NCBI GenBank assembly: GCA_910592345.1
Contig: CAJVPI010000385.1
Coordinates: 1 to 32,109 of the forward strand
From: Paraglomus brasilianum
Taxonomy: Eukaryota
DNA: 32,109 bases
Direction: 5' to 3'
Positions within the stretch are counted from its first letter, which is position 1. Each line of letters starts with the position of its first letter. The notes under the pieces were generated by a model, which was not told the DNA's origin, searched no databases, and saw only the letters and a list, made by a program, of their open reading frames with translations. Position numbers and translations under genes: made by a program. Positions 1-12,659 of this stretch are shown in pieces.

Positions 1-404
1 TGGGCGGACTACGACCATCGATGCCTGATTCCGCACCAGAGGAATACAAGAAACTTGCCGAGCGGTGTTGTGATGCTAATCCTGATATGCGACCAGATGC
101 ATGGAGACTTGACAATTATATTCACAAGCTTATTAACGAGGCGTACAAGCACAATTCGTGGAATGCCGTTTATCATAACGATGTAAAACCCTTATCACGT
201 CTCGAGAAGGAGAGTAAATACTCTAGTAAACTCTTACCTACAGGAGATTTACCTAAACCAAGAAATAGTTATGATTTGGATTCAGCTGCAGGTATAAAGA
301 CAAGAATTGACTATGTGTTGATAGAACGAAGTCAAATTACAATATTAACATCGTCATTATCTTATTATAATTTAGTGACTGTGACTCAAACTCTTTTTGA
401 ATAA
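1..404 (+). CDS. 3' end of a tyrosine-kinase-like protein kinase, truncated by the window edge; probable intron at 292-375
   Basis: The frame from position 3 reads GGLRPSMPDSAPEEYKKLAERCCDANPDMRP, matching kinase subdomains X-XI (GLRP...P..Y..L...C.D..P..RP). A GTATAA...TATTAAC...TTTAG intron candidate of 84 nt precedes a short last exon VTVTQTLFE*. Confidence 0.8.
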   Translation, partial: GGLRPSMPDSAPEEYKKLAERCCDANPDMRPDAWRLDNYIHKLINEAYKHNSWNAVYHNDVKPLSRLEKESKYSSKLLPTGDLPKPRNSYDLDSAAGIKTRIDYVLIERSQITILTSSLSYYNLVTVTQTLFE

Positions 405-1140
405 ACTTGTAATTTACAGTTTATACAAGTGCTATTAGCTATTCATTATTTTGACTGTTAACTCCCTCAATGCTGTAAACAAATGGCATTTGACTCTTTC
501 GAAGAAGGGCCATTCAATGCGTAAGATATCAAGTTAATTAAGTCTACAATTCAAGACAATTTTTGTTACACATAGTGCCAATCCGAACTGGTTTGCTTTG
601 ATAAAAGTCATCAAAGGAAATTGATGTAATCAACGAATAACTGTTAAAAGGGTCTGCTGATTTGTATCTACAAAAGCTTGAATAAAGTTGATGTTTACTA
701 CAAGAAATTTTCTTTTAATATTAATGAATTCAGGCTCCGTCTGTTTAATTCATAGAACAAACTACAAAAACGAAATTTGAATCCCGCAAATAGCACGAAT
801 CTTATGTAGCATTAGAAGTAGGATGAAAAACATCCCTCGGACAAACCTATAAGCAATCAACTGATACTATGTGCCTAGACATCTTAAGAGGCGTGGAGGT
901 CCAACATACTCTCGTTGTAATAATGCTAAATAAATGAAGTGTACTTTGTTGACAAGAAAATAAAAATATATTAAAATTTCACTATCTTAATAACTTACAG
1001 GTTACATTCTTATTATAATTAGACAATTTTGAGTATGTGTATAATCAAAATTTTCTTAGTTTTAATACCTAGGATAAGATTCTTGAAGTAAACACCAATT
1101 CGATAGTACACAGCCACATAGTATAGAACGCATTAACCAA

Positions 1141-2816
1141 TGTAACTGATAATTCTTTTATTTAGTGGCACGGCTGTGGCTCATGTTCGTCCATGGACTA
1201 GATTTAGCTGCTTTCTTAAATTTGCTATGTTTCTGTAATAAGTACTTTTTTTCAGTATTATTACCTCGGTCGTGAGGACAAGACGGACCGTTCTCAAACC
1301 AGTCGCGTCGGCAAAGCATGCGATTTGGGTATGTTATTTTATTCCGAAAATCAATAAATTAATTTTAATACAGATTTTGCGTGCAGAGTTCATCTCATGA
1401 ATCAGGCACCGGTGAAAATAGCGGGTCAATGCATAACGACAGTCATTATAAACAATCACAAACTTTATCGAAATAATTAAAGTTGCAAAATCGCAACATA
1501 AGAAACTTGAGAATCTCATGTGGAAGAAACCCTCGCTCACAAGAGTTTACAAACAAGAATGATTTCTACATTCATACCATGTTATCAGATTATTGGAATG
1601 AAAACTAGGGTTTATCTCGTTTTTTCAAACAAACGGAGATTTATGGAATCTGGGATTGGACTTTTGAGATGTTGCAAATGTTATTTTATTACGTACTTAC
1701 TATTGTTATACGGCGAATTTAATAGTAGCATTTATTTACGATTAATATTAATATTATTGGTACGTCAGATGATCACTTAAATGTAAAATATGTAAATATC
1801 TGACGTAAATCAATATTTTAGCTATACCACAGTAACAATTTAGATATATAAACAACCAAAGGTCGAGCAGTTCCTGCACCTTTCCTCTATAAGACTCCAA
1901 CGGAATAATGGAATAACTCTTATAGTGGAAGAAAACAACTTATAAACTTACGATTGGAAATGTTCACTATGATCTCTAATGTCTTCTCTAATGGTAGATA
2001 TTCAGTCTGATAATCTCTTCGAGTTACAGCGTCGAGAGCTTAACCAGTTGTACGAACACTATCGATGAAATCCCAGCAACGTTCTTAATAAGACGATTGT
2101 ACCTAATAACAACAATAACAACACCGCTCGTACAACACTACGTTGATTTACGGTGTAGATTTGTTTTTGTTTGACTTGAATGTAATGGCTACAAGCTTAT
2201 TAGTAACAGTTTATTTTTTGTTCAAAACATCTTGTATACTGGTCAGAAGAATGATAAACGCTCTCATAAAAAAACCAAGGTGTATCTAAACATGAAGTAC
2301 CTGAAGAGCTTTCACCAAAATTCATAAACTACCGCAGGAAAAGTTAAATCGGCAAGATTATGATAATTCATAAGGATGCGGGATTTATAATGTAATATCA
2401 TATATATCAAATGTTAATAAAGCTTATTGACCGTCCTTTACAATGCCATTTTATATAAAATATACAGTAAATCAACTCTGCGAAAATAATAATAATGTAA
2501 TAACAACGATAACATATGTTTCTATTAATATTCTAAGATGCAAATATTGATAAAGACTAACTAACAACAACAACAGCAACCATGAACAATGACCGTTGTT
2601 AACAACGAGAATGATTTCGATTTACAAAGAGCGTATTAATAATATAATTGGTCAATTAAATATATAGGTCACGTGAGTACATTGATGGGTTCATTTAGAG
2701 AGGTCTTTCTGTATTTACTTATTTACTTTATCAATTTAAACGACAAAAATTTAAATCTAGTCCTGGATGAGCATGAGCCACAGCTGTGTTACTAAATCAA
2801 AGCTTTTTCAGCTACA
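1141..2816. mobile_element. Putative non-autonomous DNA transposon remnant bounded by imperfect ~66-bp inverted repeats (1141-1206 and 2752-2816)
   Basis: Left arm tgtaactgataattcttttatttagtggcacggctgtggctcatgttcgtccatggactagattta aligns to the reverse complement of the right arm, tgtagctgaaaaagctttgatttagtaacacagctgtggctcatgctcatcca-ggactagattta, at 55 of 66 positions by hand count. No target-site duplication or transposase ORF is visible. Confidence 0.6.
2008..2363 (+). pseudogene. Possible heavily decayed HMG-box-like gene relic inside the inverted-repeat element
   Basis: Frameshifted fragments read DNLFELQRRELNQLYEHY, NNNNNNTARTTLR, GVDLFLFDLNV, KHEVPEEL, KFINY and AGKVKSARL. They resemble helices 1 and 3 of divergent HMG boxes. 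Several frameshifts and stops must be assumed. Confidence 0.3.
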
Positions 2817-3195
2817 CAGTTCACTTTGTCTGCAATCTGCCACAAATACAAAGAATGTATTAGTATTAAGAAAGTGTAACAAACAGTCTCAACGAACGAG
2901 CTCAAATAATTTGATCTAGAGGCGACGAGTTCTTCCAATGCAGTAAATGACAATTAATCGGTTTACAATCACATTTATTTGCTTGCACGAATTTTATTTT
3001 ATGATTTGGCCTTGGTCACGTTTTCAACGTACCGCTTAAGTATTTAATTGAATGTTAATATTATAAGTTGACCTTATTTTAATATATCGACTTTTTGTTC
3101 TGCAACATAATTTATATCTTCCTTACCGGATGCAATAGATCTTAGACCAAACGTACGATATATTTCTTCGTCGTTTTACTAGCAAATCTTTTATA

Positions 3196-3222
3196 AACAT
3201 TCCCAACATTCCCAACATTCCC
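3196..3222. repeat. 9-bp tandem repeat (AACATTCCC)x3
   Basis: Directly visible as aacattccc aacattccc aacattccc. Confidence 0.9.
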
Positions 3223-3944
3223 ACAAATTCTGACGGAGATTAAATACACGAAAAGCTAGTGTCCTATGTATGCTTCTGTTATTATACCAATACGTTGATT
3301 AATACGTGTCTGTTGTCAACGCGTATAAAAAAATCAAACGGCTCGGGACTAAAGTCAAACAGGAAGCCAAAAAAGGGGTCTTCTATCCACTAGTTATAGA
3401 ATAAAATATGCTTATTAGATTTTTTTCTTATTGATACTCCTTTTGATTAATATTCTAAAATAGCTTCCGAAGCAAAAAAACCAATGCTTCCAAGATTGGT
3501 AATCTGGCTTGAAAATGTCCAGTTATTCTTCAACTAGTGATCAAGGCACATTAACTTTTCTCTTCACTGCAGGATATGTCAGCCTCGTGTGAATAATAAT
3601 TTTGATATCTTAAGCATAATAAATAGTAAACTGTAGAGTCGAGTTCTACAATCGACACAATAATATCGTCGTGCAAACAAACAAATAAAAAGAATGTAGC
3701 TAAATGCTGGTTTTGGAAATTTGAACGTGCAATGAATAGCAATAATCTTTGATTTATCCTCTGGTGCTGTTGGAAACATTACAAATCAATGAGATGAATT
3801 GATCATTTTTATGAAAGGTTGTAATAATAAATACATCAAAACCATTATGTAATTTAGCACCTTTTTCCAACATTAGACATTATAAAATGAAACAATTTAA
3901 TATCCATCAGTTTCAGATTTCATCTATTATCACACCATATGGTT

Positions 3945-3951
3945 TCACGTG
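3945..3951 (+). promoter_or_regulatory. TCACGTG E-box (candidate bHLH site) ~60 bp upstream of the SSH4 ATG
   Basis: The motif is present in ggtttcacgtgctc. Function is inferred only. Confidence 0.35.
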
Positions 3952-4008
3952 CTCTCCAGAATGATATGCTATGGTTAGTCACTTTTTACTGACAAGGAAC
4001 TCTGACCT

Positions 4009-5646
4009 ATGTCAGAATCAGCCGCTCAAAGAGTAAAAGAAATATTAAAGCATATTACTCAGTCACACACCGAGCCTTTCAAACCACAAACACCGCTGAG
4101 ATTTTCCTCATCGCCTCGGCTATCTCCTCTACCCATTATGGAGAATTATGACTTTCAGGAAAGCCATAAATCTGAAGATTCAGAAGCAAAGAACATTGCG
4201 CTTCTCGGAACTCTCGGCTTCTTTGTACTAATCGCTAGTTTTGTTATTTGGGGCTGCCTCCGTCGTCGCTTGGCTGCCTTGGACAAGAATCGTATTCCCG
4301 ACTTTAGTGATCCCGAGTTAGCGGAGGCGGAGGCTAGTCTTGTTGAGACTTTGGACGAAGCAGCTCGTCAAAATTATGAGCGTGCGCGAGGTAAGAAGAA
4401 AGAGTTACCTGTCAATCAGTTGTCTTTTTCTTTTTCCTTGCAAAACAAACTTGGCATCTGTATATGGCTCTGCAAATTTTAACCTTGTTTTTTTTCCATG
4501 TCGGTTTATTTCACTCAACAAAGTATTTCAGGAAGCTTACCCACCTGATAGCGTACCAACAGATATAACTTTCACTCAACTCCTCTCTATTCAAGAGAAA
4601 GGTGTCTCGGCATGGGAATTTGAACCCGATCTTCATAATACAAGTTCGTTTGTCGAATGCCGAACGGAAATATCGTTTTATGATAGTGAATGTTGCGTTC
4701 AAACAAACCTGCCCTTGCCCAAACAGCAAGAAATATATTATTGGGAAGCCAAGATGTATGAAAAATCACCGTCTACAACAGTAGCCGTTGGTCTTGCTAC
4801 AAAGCCTTATCCAACCTTTCGACTTCCAGGTAAGGATTTGCTCGACTAGTGATCTGAAACGATGAAAGTGTTTCAGTTTTCCTGAGAAAAATGAGAATTA
4901 GTATTGGTAATCGCAATTGTAGGCGTTATGGACGTTCGACATGTCTGTTAAGCGGATACGATCTTTGATATACTGACTATTACCTAATTTCCCAATCAGG
5001 CTGGAATAGACAATCTATTGCATATTTCTCGGATAGCGGTTTCAAGTTCTTCAACTCGCCATTCAACGGAAAAGCTTATGGTCCACAATTTCATCAGGGG
5101 GACGTAGTTGGTGTCGGGTATCGCCCGAGGACTGGCACCATTTTTTTCACACGTAATGGTAAAAAATTGGATGACGCATTTACGGGAATGAAGATGAATC
5201 TGTTTCCCACTGTCGGTGCAAACGGTCCCTGCTGTGTGCATGTCAATTTTGGACAATTGGGCTTTGTGTTTATTGAAGCGAATGTAAAAAAGTGGGGGCT
5301 TGCGCCAACGATGGGAACACTGGCTCCACCTCCTGCTTATGGTTCTGAAAGAGACTCGATTCTAGTAGCGTCAGGCTCGAGAAGTTGTCCATCCATAAAT
5401 ATTTCTCGTATTGTAAATACGAATGTCGACATTGGACGTTCCAACGATCTGCTTTCGGAGGCTGCGTTGGATATTTCCTTGGCAGACATTCACCTTCCTC
5501 CTCCATCTTACTCTTCCGTAGATCAATTCCCTGCACGGTCCACTGCTCCAGATACACCACAGCCTTATCCACAGACAGAAGATCAAAACGATTCACGAAG
5601 GAACAGTGTTTCGTCAGACACATATTTATTAGCAGAAGATCCGTAA
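4009..5646 (+). CDS. SSH4: Ssh4-like SPRY-domain membrane adaptor for the Rsp5 ubiquitin ligase; exons 4009-4390, 4524-4829, 5000-5646 (~444 aa)
   Basis: It has an N-terminal TM helix (IALLGTLGFFVLIASFVIWGCL), IQEKGVSAWEFEPD, a SPRY core (VQTNLPLPKQQEIYYWEAKM, GLATKPYPTFRLPGWNRQSIAY, NFGQLGFVFIEANVKKWGLAP) and PY motifs PPAY and PPSY. Both GT-AG introns keep the frame. An alternative start lies at 4138. Confidence 0.9.
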
Positions 5647-5900
5647 TAAATACATTACATGGTTATCAGCCTTGTGATTATTGAACCGGAAATACGAGGA
5701 AAAATACCAAGAAACATTATTACGAGTATTCGATGATTCAATAATTCTGTCAATCATATGTTATTTGCCATGGGAAACTATTTATTAGAGTTTTCTTACA
5801 CAAAATGTCAGACTTGAACGTGTTGAACAATATGATTTCTTTTGGTTAATATTAAGTGTCATTCATCTCCTTCCATGGTGTATGTGTATATAGTTATTAT

Positions 5901-5927
5901 ATTATTATTATTATTATTATTATTATT
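5901..5927. repeat. (ATT)n microsatellite
   Basis: A run of attattatt... lies between the convergent SSH4 and FIG4 genes. Confidence 0.85.
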
Positions 5928-6357
5928 TTACCACTATGGCGAATATCAATTATAAAATACAACATTATTTATGACCCTTAATTTATTCAAATGTACTTGT
6001 CTCATTACTAATCGTCTCACAAATTACAAGAATCATGATATCTACGAATGTCTATAATTGTCGTTATGTGAAGGCTTCTCGCTTCTATCCATTGGATCGT
6101 ATGATCGGCTATTTGACAAGGTCGTTGTACCTCTGCTCTGAATTGACCGACATAATCAATCGCACGATCCAGCAAAGTTAAAGAACACGTACAAAAGGAT
6201 TATGCGTTTCCAAGTTTATTCCCGAATTACACTCCAGTTTACAGTAATAATACATTTACATCTAATTATTATTCTCTATATAAGCGAGTCGCCTCTAAAG
6301 ATTTTACATTAAATTATGTGATCTCGACTTTCTACTTGCATCTTTAACAATAAGTGA

Positions 6358-9300
6358 TTAAATATCCTTGTCATGATTCTTGTTTTTATCCCGATGACTG
6401 CCTTTCTTACTCGCGTTATCGCCTCGATTTCTTCCCTTTCCATTAGCGCTGACGAGTCTGCCCGTCTTTAGCCAACTCTCATAGTCTTTATACCTATTCT
6501 TCGTCGTGCTATTGCTGTGATACTGATTAGCACCAACTGTTTGCATCACCGCCACCTTTGTTGGCAGTTCTTTGTGTGTATGGTAAACTTGGTAATCGTA
6601 GGAGTGAACATGCAAATCTCTAGTTGGATCGACACCATCAGCAATGTGTGCATAGCTGAAATAATTGTGATAATCGGAATGGTTGATAAGAGAGGGATCA
6701 TCATCTCCAGTTGGCGTTGATGCTAATGCAACATTCCGAAATTGCTTAATGTATCTGAGATGGCAACAATTTGTCCGTTAGTATTTTCTAAGAACCAAGA
6801 GACAAACCATGATTAGATTAACTGTGTTAGACATCGCTTTACCGTTTATATTCTTTTTCCTCGGTCGTTGATACGTTCGGATTAAGGCTTTTGGTTACCA
6901 TCGAATCGTATACTGGAACATCTTTTTCTTTCTTCGTTTTCTCTTTCTCCTTATCCTTCTCGTTTGATGCTTGCTCTTGTGGTGGCGTAGTAGGTACAGC
7001 GAACCAATTTCTTACCCCACGGATGTACAATCTATTTTGCTGTGCTTGCCTTACTGTGAATGGACTGTAGTCATAATTTTCGTTGGGTACCCTATGCAAA
7101 AGAGGGATATGAATTAACATACAGATCGTCTATGAAATAGCATGCCATTTTCTTACGTAAATTGATTACATACTTGGCTGGAGCTGTGCTATTAATATTG
7201 TACGCAAAAAGTTTAGAAAACGACGTGAGTTCGCTCGGTTTATAGTGTTCAATCCAATATCCACAATACGGATCATTTTCATCTTCGTATTGAGGGGCTC
7301 TACGCGGAATTGTTTGATGTTGCGACAGTCCATCTTCTTTGCCTTCATTGAGTACGAGAGCGTCTTTTGTCCACCAATTAATATAACTAAATGTAAGAGT
7401 AGTAGCATTGATTGAGCATGTGGTCGGATTTTAAAAAGAGTATGTATTAGAACTTTGCATTACCTCCTTCTTGGTCTCCTAAACCTAGGATCTTCAAAGT
7501 GCAATGTAAAGTCACTTTCAAGTTCCCATAGAGACGGCTTGCCTTTCTGCGGAACAAAGTTACCCAAAAAGACATTTATAGCATCTTGTTTCTCAGCATC
7601 TTAATAATAATAATAATAATAAGGTAAATTATAAGTTACAGAAAAGACACATGTGTTGTAAATCGAGTGTCTGTGGCTTTTGACCAAGAAATTATTCCAC
7701 AAACAAAAAGGTTGGCTTCCACAAAAACAAAATAAAATAAACTGTACTTACCGGTAAAAGCGTTATTGTAGTATCGTTTTATACTTTCAATAACGTCCCT
7801 CGATTGGTTTGACCAAGCATTGATTTTCCTGTATGCATCCATAGTACTCACCAAGTTTGATCCACCATACTGTAAAGCTATAGTGTCTCCCTGTACATGA
7901 TACATCTCTGTCAACATATTGACCACATCAGAGTCATATGGAATAGACGGTGTGTCAATTATACCGAGAGCGTAAAGCTTATATGAGACGGAAATAGAAA
8001 GTTCGAAACAGGTTAATACAAAATACATAAAAGTATCAAGTATGCATACACATATAAGGTTGGATATATGATTCATTGATAGTAATATTACCTGATGCGC
8101 CAAGGCACATTTGCCAATAATAAGCTGGGCTGCGTTTGTGCGATCAAGACAGTCAATACAATTTGTGCGAATTACACCGTTCTGCCGGAAATGACGACGA
8201 CGGGTTTGCGGCTTGCCCTCTCTGTGATATGCGTATGTACGACAGCCTTATTATATTATATTACTGAGTTTGATTGTTAATCCATAGATATGATACTTTA
8301 CTTACTTTTCTTCTCTTCTCAACACATTTATAGATGGCTCTGGACCACTGTGAAAGAATCCAGTGTCAGCAATGAATTCTTCGTTAAACTTTTCCAAGGC
8401 ACGGACTACGTCCTCATCGCTATTCGTAAACATCGAAATAAATGATACAGTCAGGATTTCTCGAATCAACAAGTTTATTTATGAATGCAAATCTAACTAA
8501 CCTCTTCTTTGCTTTAGACATGTCCCACGCAACATATTTAAGACAGTTTGGAGGCAGAAATTGGTTCAGATATTCGATAGTTGCAGCAAATTCATCACCC
8601 AAGATTGATTCGCGCGGAGTCTTTTCTTTCATCTGTCAGTAGGAATGTAGAAAAAAGGTTCAGTTTATTGAGACCTGACGTCAATTTAATGCCGAGTATT
8701 TACCTTGATTAGATTCAACACTATTATCGGTGCACCGTATCTTTTGAACATGTTGTCAAAATGTAATGCAGCAGCCGAGAAGAATGGATCTCGGAAATTG
8801 ACTAGTTTGAGAATAATGTTTCTCATTAGTCAATACTATGCTTGCATGATTGTTAGCGTATAAAAATCCACACGTACTTGATATTGGCGGCTTTGGAACC
8901 ATATTCGTAATATCTTGCGACCAAAAAAGCGGTATTGATCCACGATGTTGGACATACGAAGAATAATTTGGATTATCAAACAGCTTGTTTCCAGAGAAAT
9001 GGAATGAAGTCGTCGACATCTCTGCTACGATTTGCTCGCTTTCAACATCGTTTGCAACGTAACCCTATCGGCAAATGAAAACACCGAGTCAGTATGGCTA
9101 CGAATTGAATAGGCACAAAAGCCAGTAGCTCACCTGATCATTTGTTCCCCTCTTACGAAATCGCGCACCAGCATAGTAACGAGACCGCCTCGCGATGAGT
9201 GTTAAAAAAATGTTACGCCCATAAACCGAGATCTCTAGTATCAAGCAAATGTGTCAGAGGAAAGTATGCACATCGCCTCGACAATTTATTCTCATATTTA

Positions 9301-10345
9301 CTTACTCGACTGTGTTACAAAGCCGTAGATTACAGGTAATATCCAATCGGAGTGATTTTTTAAGCTTCTGAATCCAGTCTCGAGCAGGTAATGATTCCAT
9401 ACAAACATCTCGTTGTATGAAAAGTTACGACGATCCGGAGGACGTGTCATGTTATGCTGGAGTGTATGAGTAATGTCGTACGTATAGCTAAAGTAAAAGT
9501 TCTTGGCGAGATCTACATTCTGAAATGTAGAAATGTATCTGGAAAATGATTGTTTATTAGAAATGGACCAACCTGCTGTTATTATGAAATACGGATACAA
9601 CCCAACACATATATTTACCTTTGCTCTTCGCTATTCTTCTCGGGTTTACTCTGTGAATTTATGCCCAGCAGCTTTGTTTCGTCAATATTATATATGTAAT
9701 GACCACCAATCAAGGCTGCCGGACTTCTTTTCATAATTAAGGACATGTAAAAACCTTCCGTGAATCTGACAAATCCTAGCCAATTCGATCAATAGTTAGC
9801 CTGATAAACGAAAGATTGCTGAACGATTGCAGGCGACATACCTACTATTCCATACGCCTCCAATACCTTATTCAGACCTCCGGTGACTCTATTTCCTTCT
9901 CCGAGACCTGTTAAAATGTCATTGATCTCTTGTTTGGAGTATATTGCATCATCTTCTATAACGTTAAGTTCGGAAACGGAGGTGCGATCAATCTTTAATA
10001 TTCGAAAACGCGTGTCGGTTTGATTGCATCCCACCATGTAATAGTACTACGCATTATATGGAAAATTGGGTTAGTATTTTGCAAAGACATTGAAAAATCG
10101 CAAGCACGCATTGTGTAGATAACGGTTTCGATAATTGGGATGCCTACTGCTTTTGTTTCATACAGAATAAATTTACTAAGAACCAGTCGGTCTGCATTGT
10201 TGGCTTCTTCAAAGTCAAAATTCGCTATGGAAGGCGGAGCAGACAATCGAGGTGACGGAAATTTCAAGGGCGACTGCGACCCAACAATCTCAGCGTGTGA
10301 CTGAGTTGTTGCGACCGAGTAGCGAGGATTATTAGGTTCTGGCAT
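6358..10345 (-). CDS. FIG4: Fig4/Sac3 PI(3,5)P2 5-phosphatase (SAC domain); 15 exons: 10345-10148, 10046-9842, 9775-9619, 9538-9306, 9234-9134, 9064-8878, 8801-8704, 8632-8502, 8419-8306, 8221-8092, 7977-7752, 7599-7464, 7386-7174, 7091-6843, 6754-6358 (~924 aa)
   Basis: SAC motifs are present: [80 protein letters not shown], the catalytic [12 protein letters not shown] (CX5RT, ~8135-8170), [11 protein letters not shown] and [13 protein letters not shown]. All introns are GT-AG and exon phases sum to one open frame of 2775 nt. Confidence 0.95.
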
Positions 10346-10408
10346 AACTACAATTACTACGCAGTGCAGAGAAGCGGAGTGTGGGGATTCATATCGTTGT
10401 TTGAAGAA

Positions 10409-10415
10409 CACGTGA
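10409..10415 (-). promoter_or_regulatory. TCACGTG E-box ~64 bp upstream of the FIG4 ATG
   Basis: Plus-strand aacacgtgatc reads gatcacgtgtt on the minus strand. Function is inferred only. Confidence 0.35.
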
Positions 10416-10869
10416 TCATACCCCAAAAGGAATTGGGTATACCGAGTATGATGTCAACGGCCCATTATTGCTTCGCCAGGTCTTGGAGAAAAACGAAATT
10501 AATTGAAAGCGAACACATCGAATAGTAAAGGATATAATTTGATAGGTAGAATTACAATGAACTTGTCAACTGTTGATAGCAACATTCAAAAGCGACTGGT
10601 GACCCAACTACCAATTTGCGTTTTATGAGAATGGAGTATTAACGCGTATACGGTTACAGCGACAGCATTAAACGTAATGGAAAAGAAAACACACACTCTC
10701 TGTTGGGGAAAGCCCATTAATATTAGAGAAATACAATTCCGATCTTCCATTCGGATATTATGTCCCAAACCTCTAATTACCATTTATTAAAAAACGTGTT
10801 GGGGTGGACAAATTGATGGGTAAATCTAATTGGTTACGATTGAAATATGGTTATATATTTTTATAGATT

Positions 10870-11200
10870 GCGAGACCATTGTTCATATCTACGTATCACC
10901 TGAAATTATAAAACGCAAGGGGCAGTTCTTACCTTGGTATTTCATAGGAAGCTCAACATCATCGTTGTAATTTTGGCATCTGGAACGAAACAAGTTTAAT
11001 GGTTATTATGTATGGGGATAGCTCGTATACTCTTTCAAACAACCCTGCATATAACGACTATCATAAATAGGTGCTACTTTTTCATCTTACGATTCAATTG
11101 TTTAATAAAATCAAACTGCCTTTTTGCCTATAACAAGCTTTTTTCTGACTCCTTGTCGAGAAACTCTGAATACCGTTTAATTGGAATTCGCGAACTCGTA
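10870..11200 (-). pseudogene. Possible decayed N-lobe fragment of a kinase
   Basis: Broken fragments IPIKRYSEF, VIGK/KGS and EKVA, a tatgaaataccaag|gtaag junction resembling YGITK|intron, and a later MNNG fragment. There are many stops and frameshifts. Confidence 0.25.
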
Positions 11201-12548
11201 AGAATCCAACTGAATTATAACAATCCTTTGTTGAATGGCGACCGTGTCGTGATTGACAAATTAGTCGACATCTTATTGCACTTATTTTGAACCCCACTCA
11301 ACACGAGCACAATATTGTGACGCTTGTTACAGAATATGCAAAATGGCGTCAAGAAGGTTTATCAACCAAGCCTCATTGTTTAAAGAGTTCCCGAAATCTT
11401 TTATGCTGCTTTGTCAGATTTTTCGTTTGCTTTTAAATATTAATAGTAATCATCGCTCATAGTTGATAATCGTGTTTACCCGACACGGACAGCCTAAACT
11501 TCTTTTGACAAAAGCAGGTTTCTATTGCTGCTTATCTTTTTTTATAGCTGACACAAACTAGAAATTCCATGCATTTCTTGTAATTGTGTTTCGATATTGT
11601 TATTGCAATTTCTTTTAAACAGCCGAAATAATGAGCAATAAATAGATTTTGATCTAGAATTATGCATTTACCCCGCACTTTGTGTCTTTGTCTGCTCACT
11701 TTTGTTATCTGTGCCGCTGCAATTGCCTTTAATAGCATGGTCATGTGGGATATATCAATAGAAAATTCTATAGGTCGGGTAAAGGTATATCCACTGAATG
11801 GTGGAATTAGATTAGTAAGTGTGGCTGATGGACCAATCAGGACTGCAAATCGGTGCTGTGCAAGGGGTGTGCAATGTGTGCAATGGCTAACGTTTTCTTT
11901 TTTACAATCGATATACGACAGTCTTTTTGTAATAACTATATGACTATTCCACCACTGAAATTAATTTATTTAGAGACATTCAAAACTGTTCACAAAACTC
12001 CTAGATTACCGTTAAATCCCTTATACCATTTAGATTAAGGTTATATGCAAATTCAAATTCATAGTATCGATACGTATATGGCTAATTTCCTAGATGAGGG
12101 AACAATTCCCATTACTATTTCACATTGCACAAACCGATAAATCTCTCAAAAATTGGCTTAATTTCATCTTTTTATTTCCTATAACGTCATGCTCATATTC
12201 TTTATTCGTTGTTCATAATTTACCTTAAATTTCCTATTTCTCTACTGGGTTGCTTGGTTTACTTTACTTTACTTTACTTTATTATTTTACTATCCATACA
12301 TCCGAGCTACATAATCATACTCGTTGCAAGAATTACAATCGGAGGACATGATTATGTGAATAAATCTCGCAGCTTTAATTTTAATATGTTGAGTGAAAAG
12401 ACATGCTTAAAACCGGCACAGCCAAGTTTACATTTACTGATAATCTTGATTATATATATGTAGATGGATATAACTAATATATAGACATTATAAACAGTAC
12501 AGACAGTATAGCCGTATAATATATATATACACACAATAGTATAACGGT

Positions 12549-12554
<6 letters not shown>

Positions 12555-12591
<37 letters not shown>
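12555..12591. repeat. (TC)~18 microsatellite just 3' of the HMG gene
   Basis: A perfect dinucleotide run is directly visible. Confidence 0.95.
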
Positions 12592-12595
<4 letters not shown>

Positions 12596-12659
12596 CTCGC
12601 CACTGTATCAATTTTCCTACTTTGCCTTTCTTTTCTTTTCTTTTTTTTGGAATAAAAAC

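Noticed and set aside
3551..3800. Possible BTB-domain relic (IARS..., LLCLRY) on the minus strand
   Set aside because: The similarity is too short and needs several frameshifts, so it cannot be supported by eye.
10346..10426. N-terminal extension of FIG4 given by the ORF track
   Set aside because: It starts at a TTG. The first in-frame ATG is at 10345.
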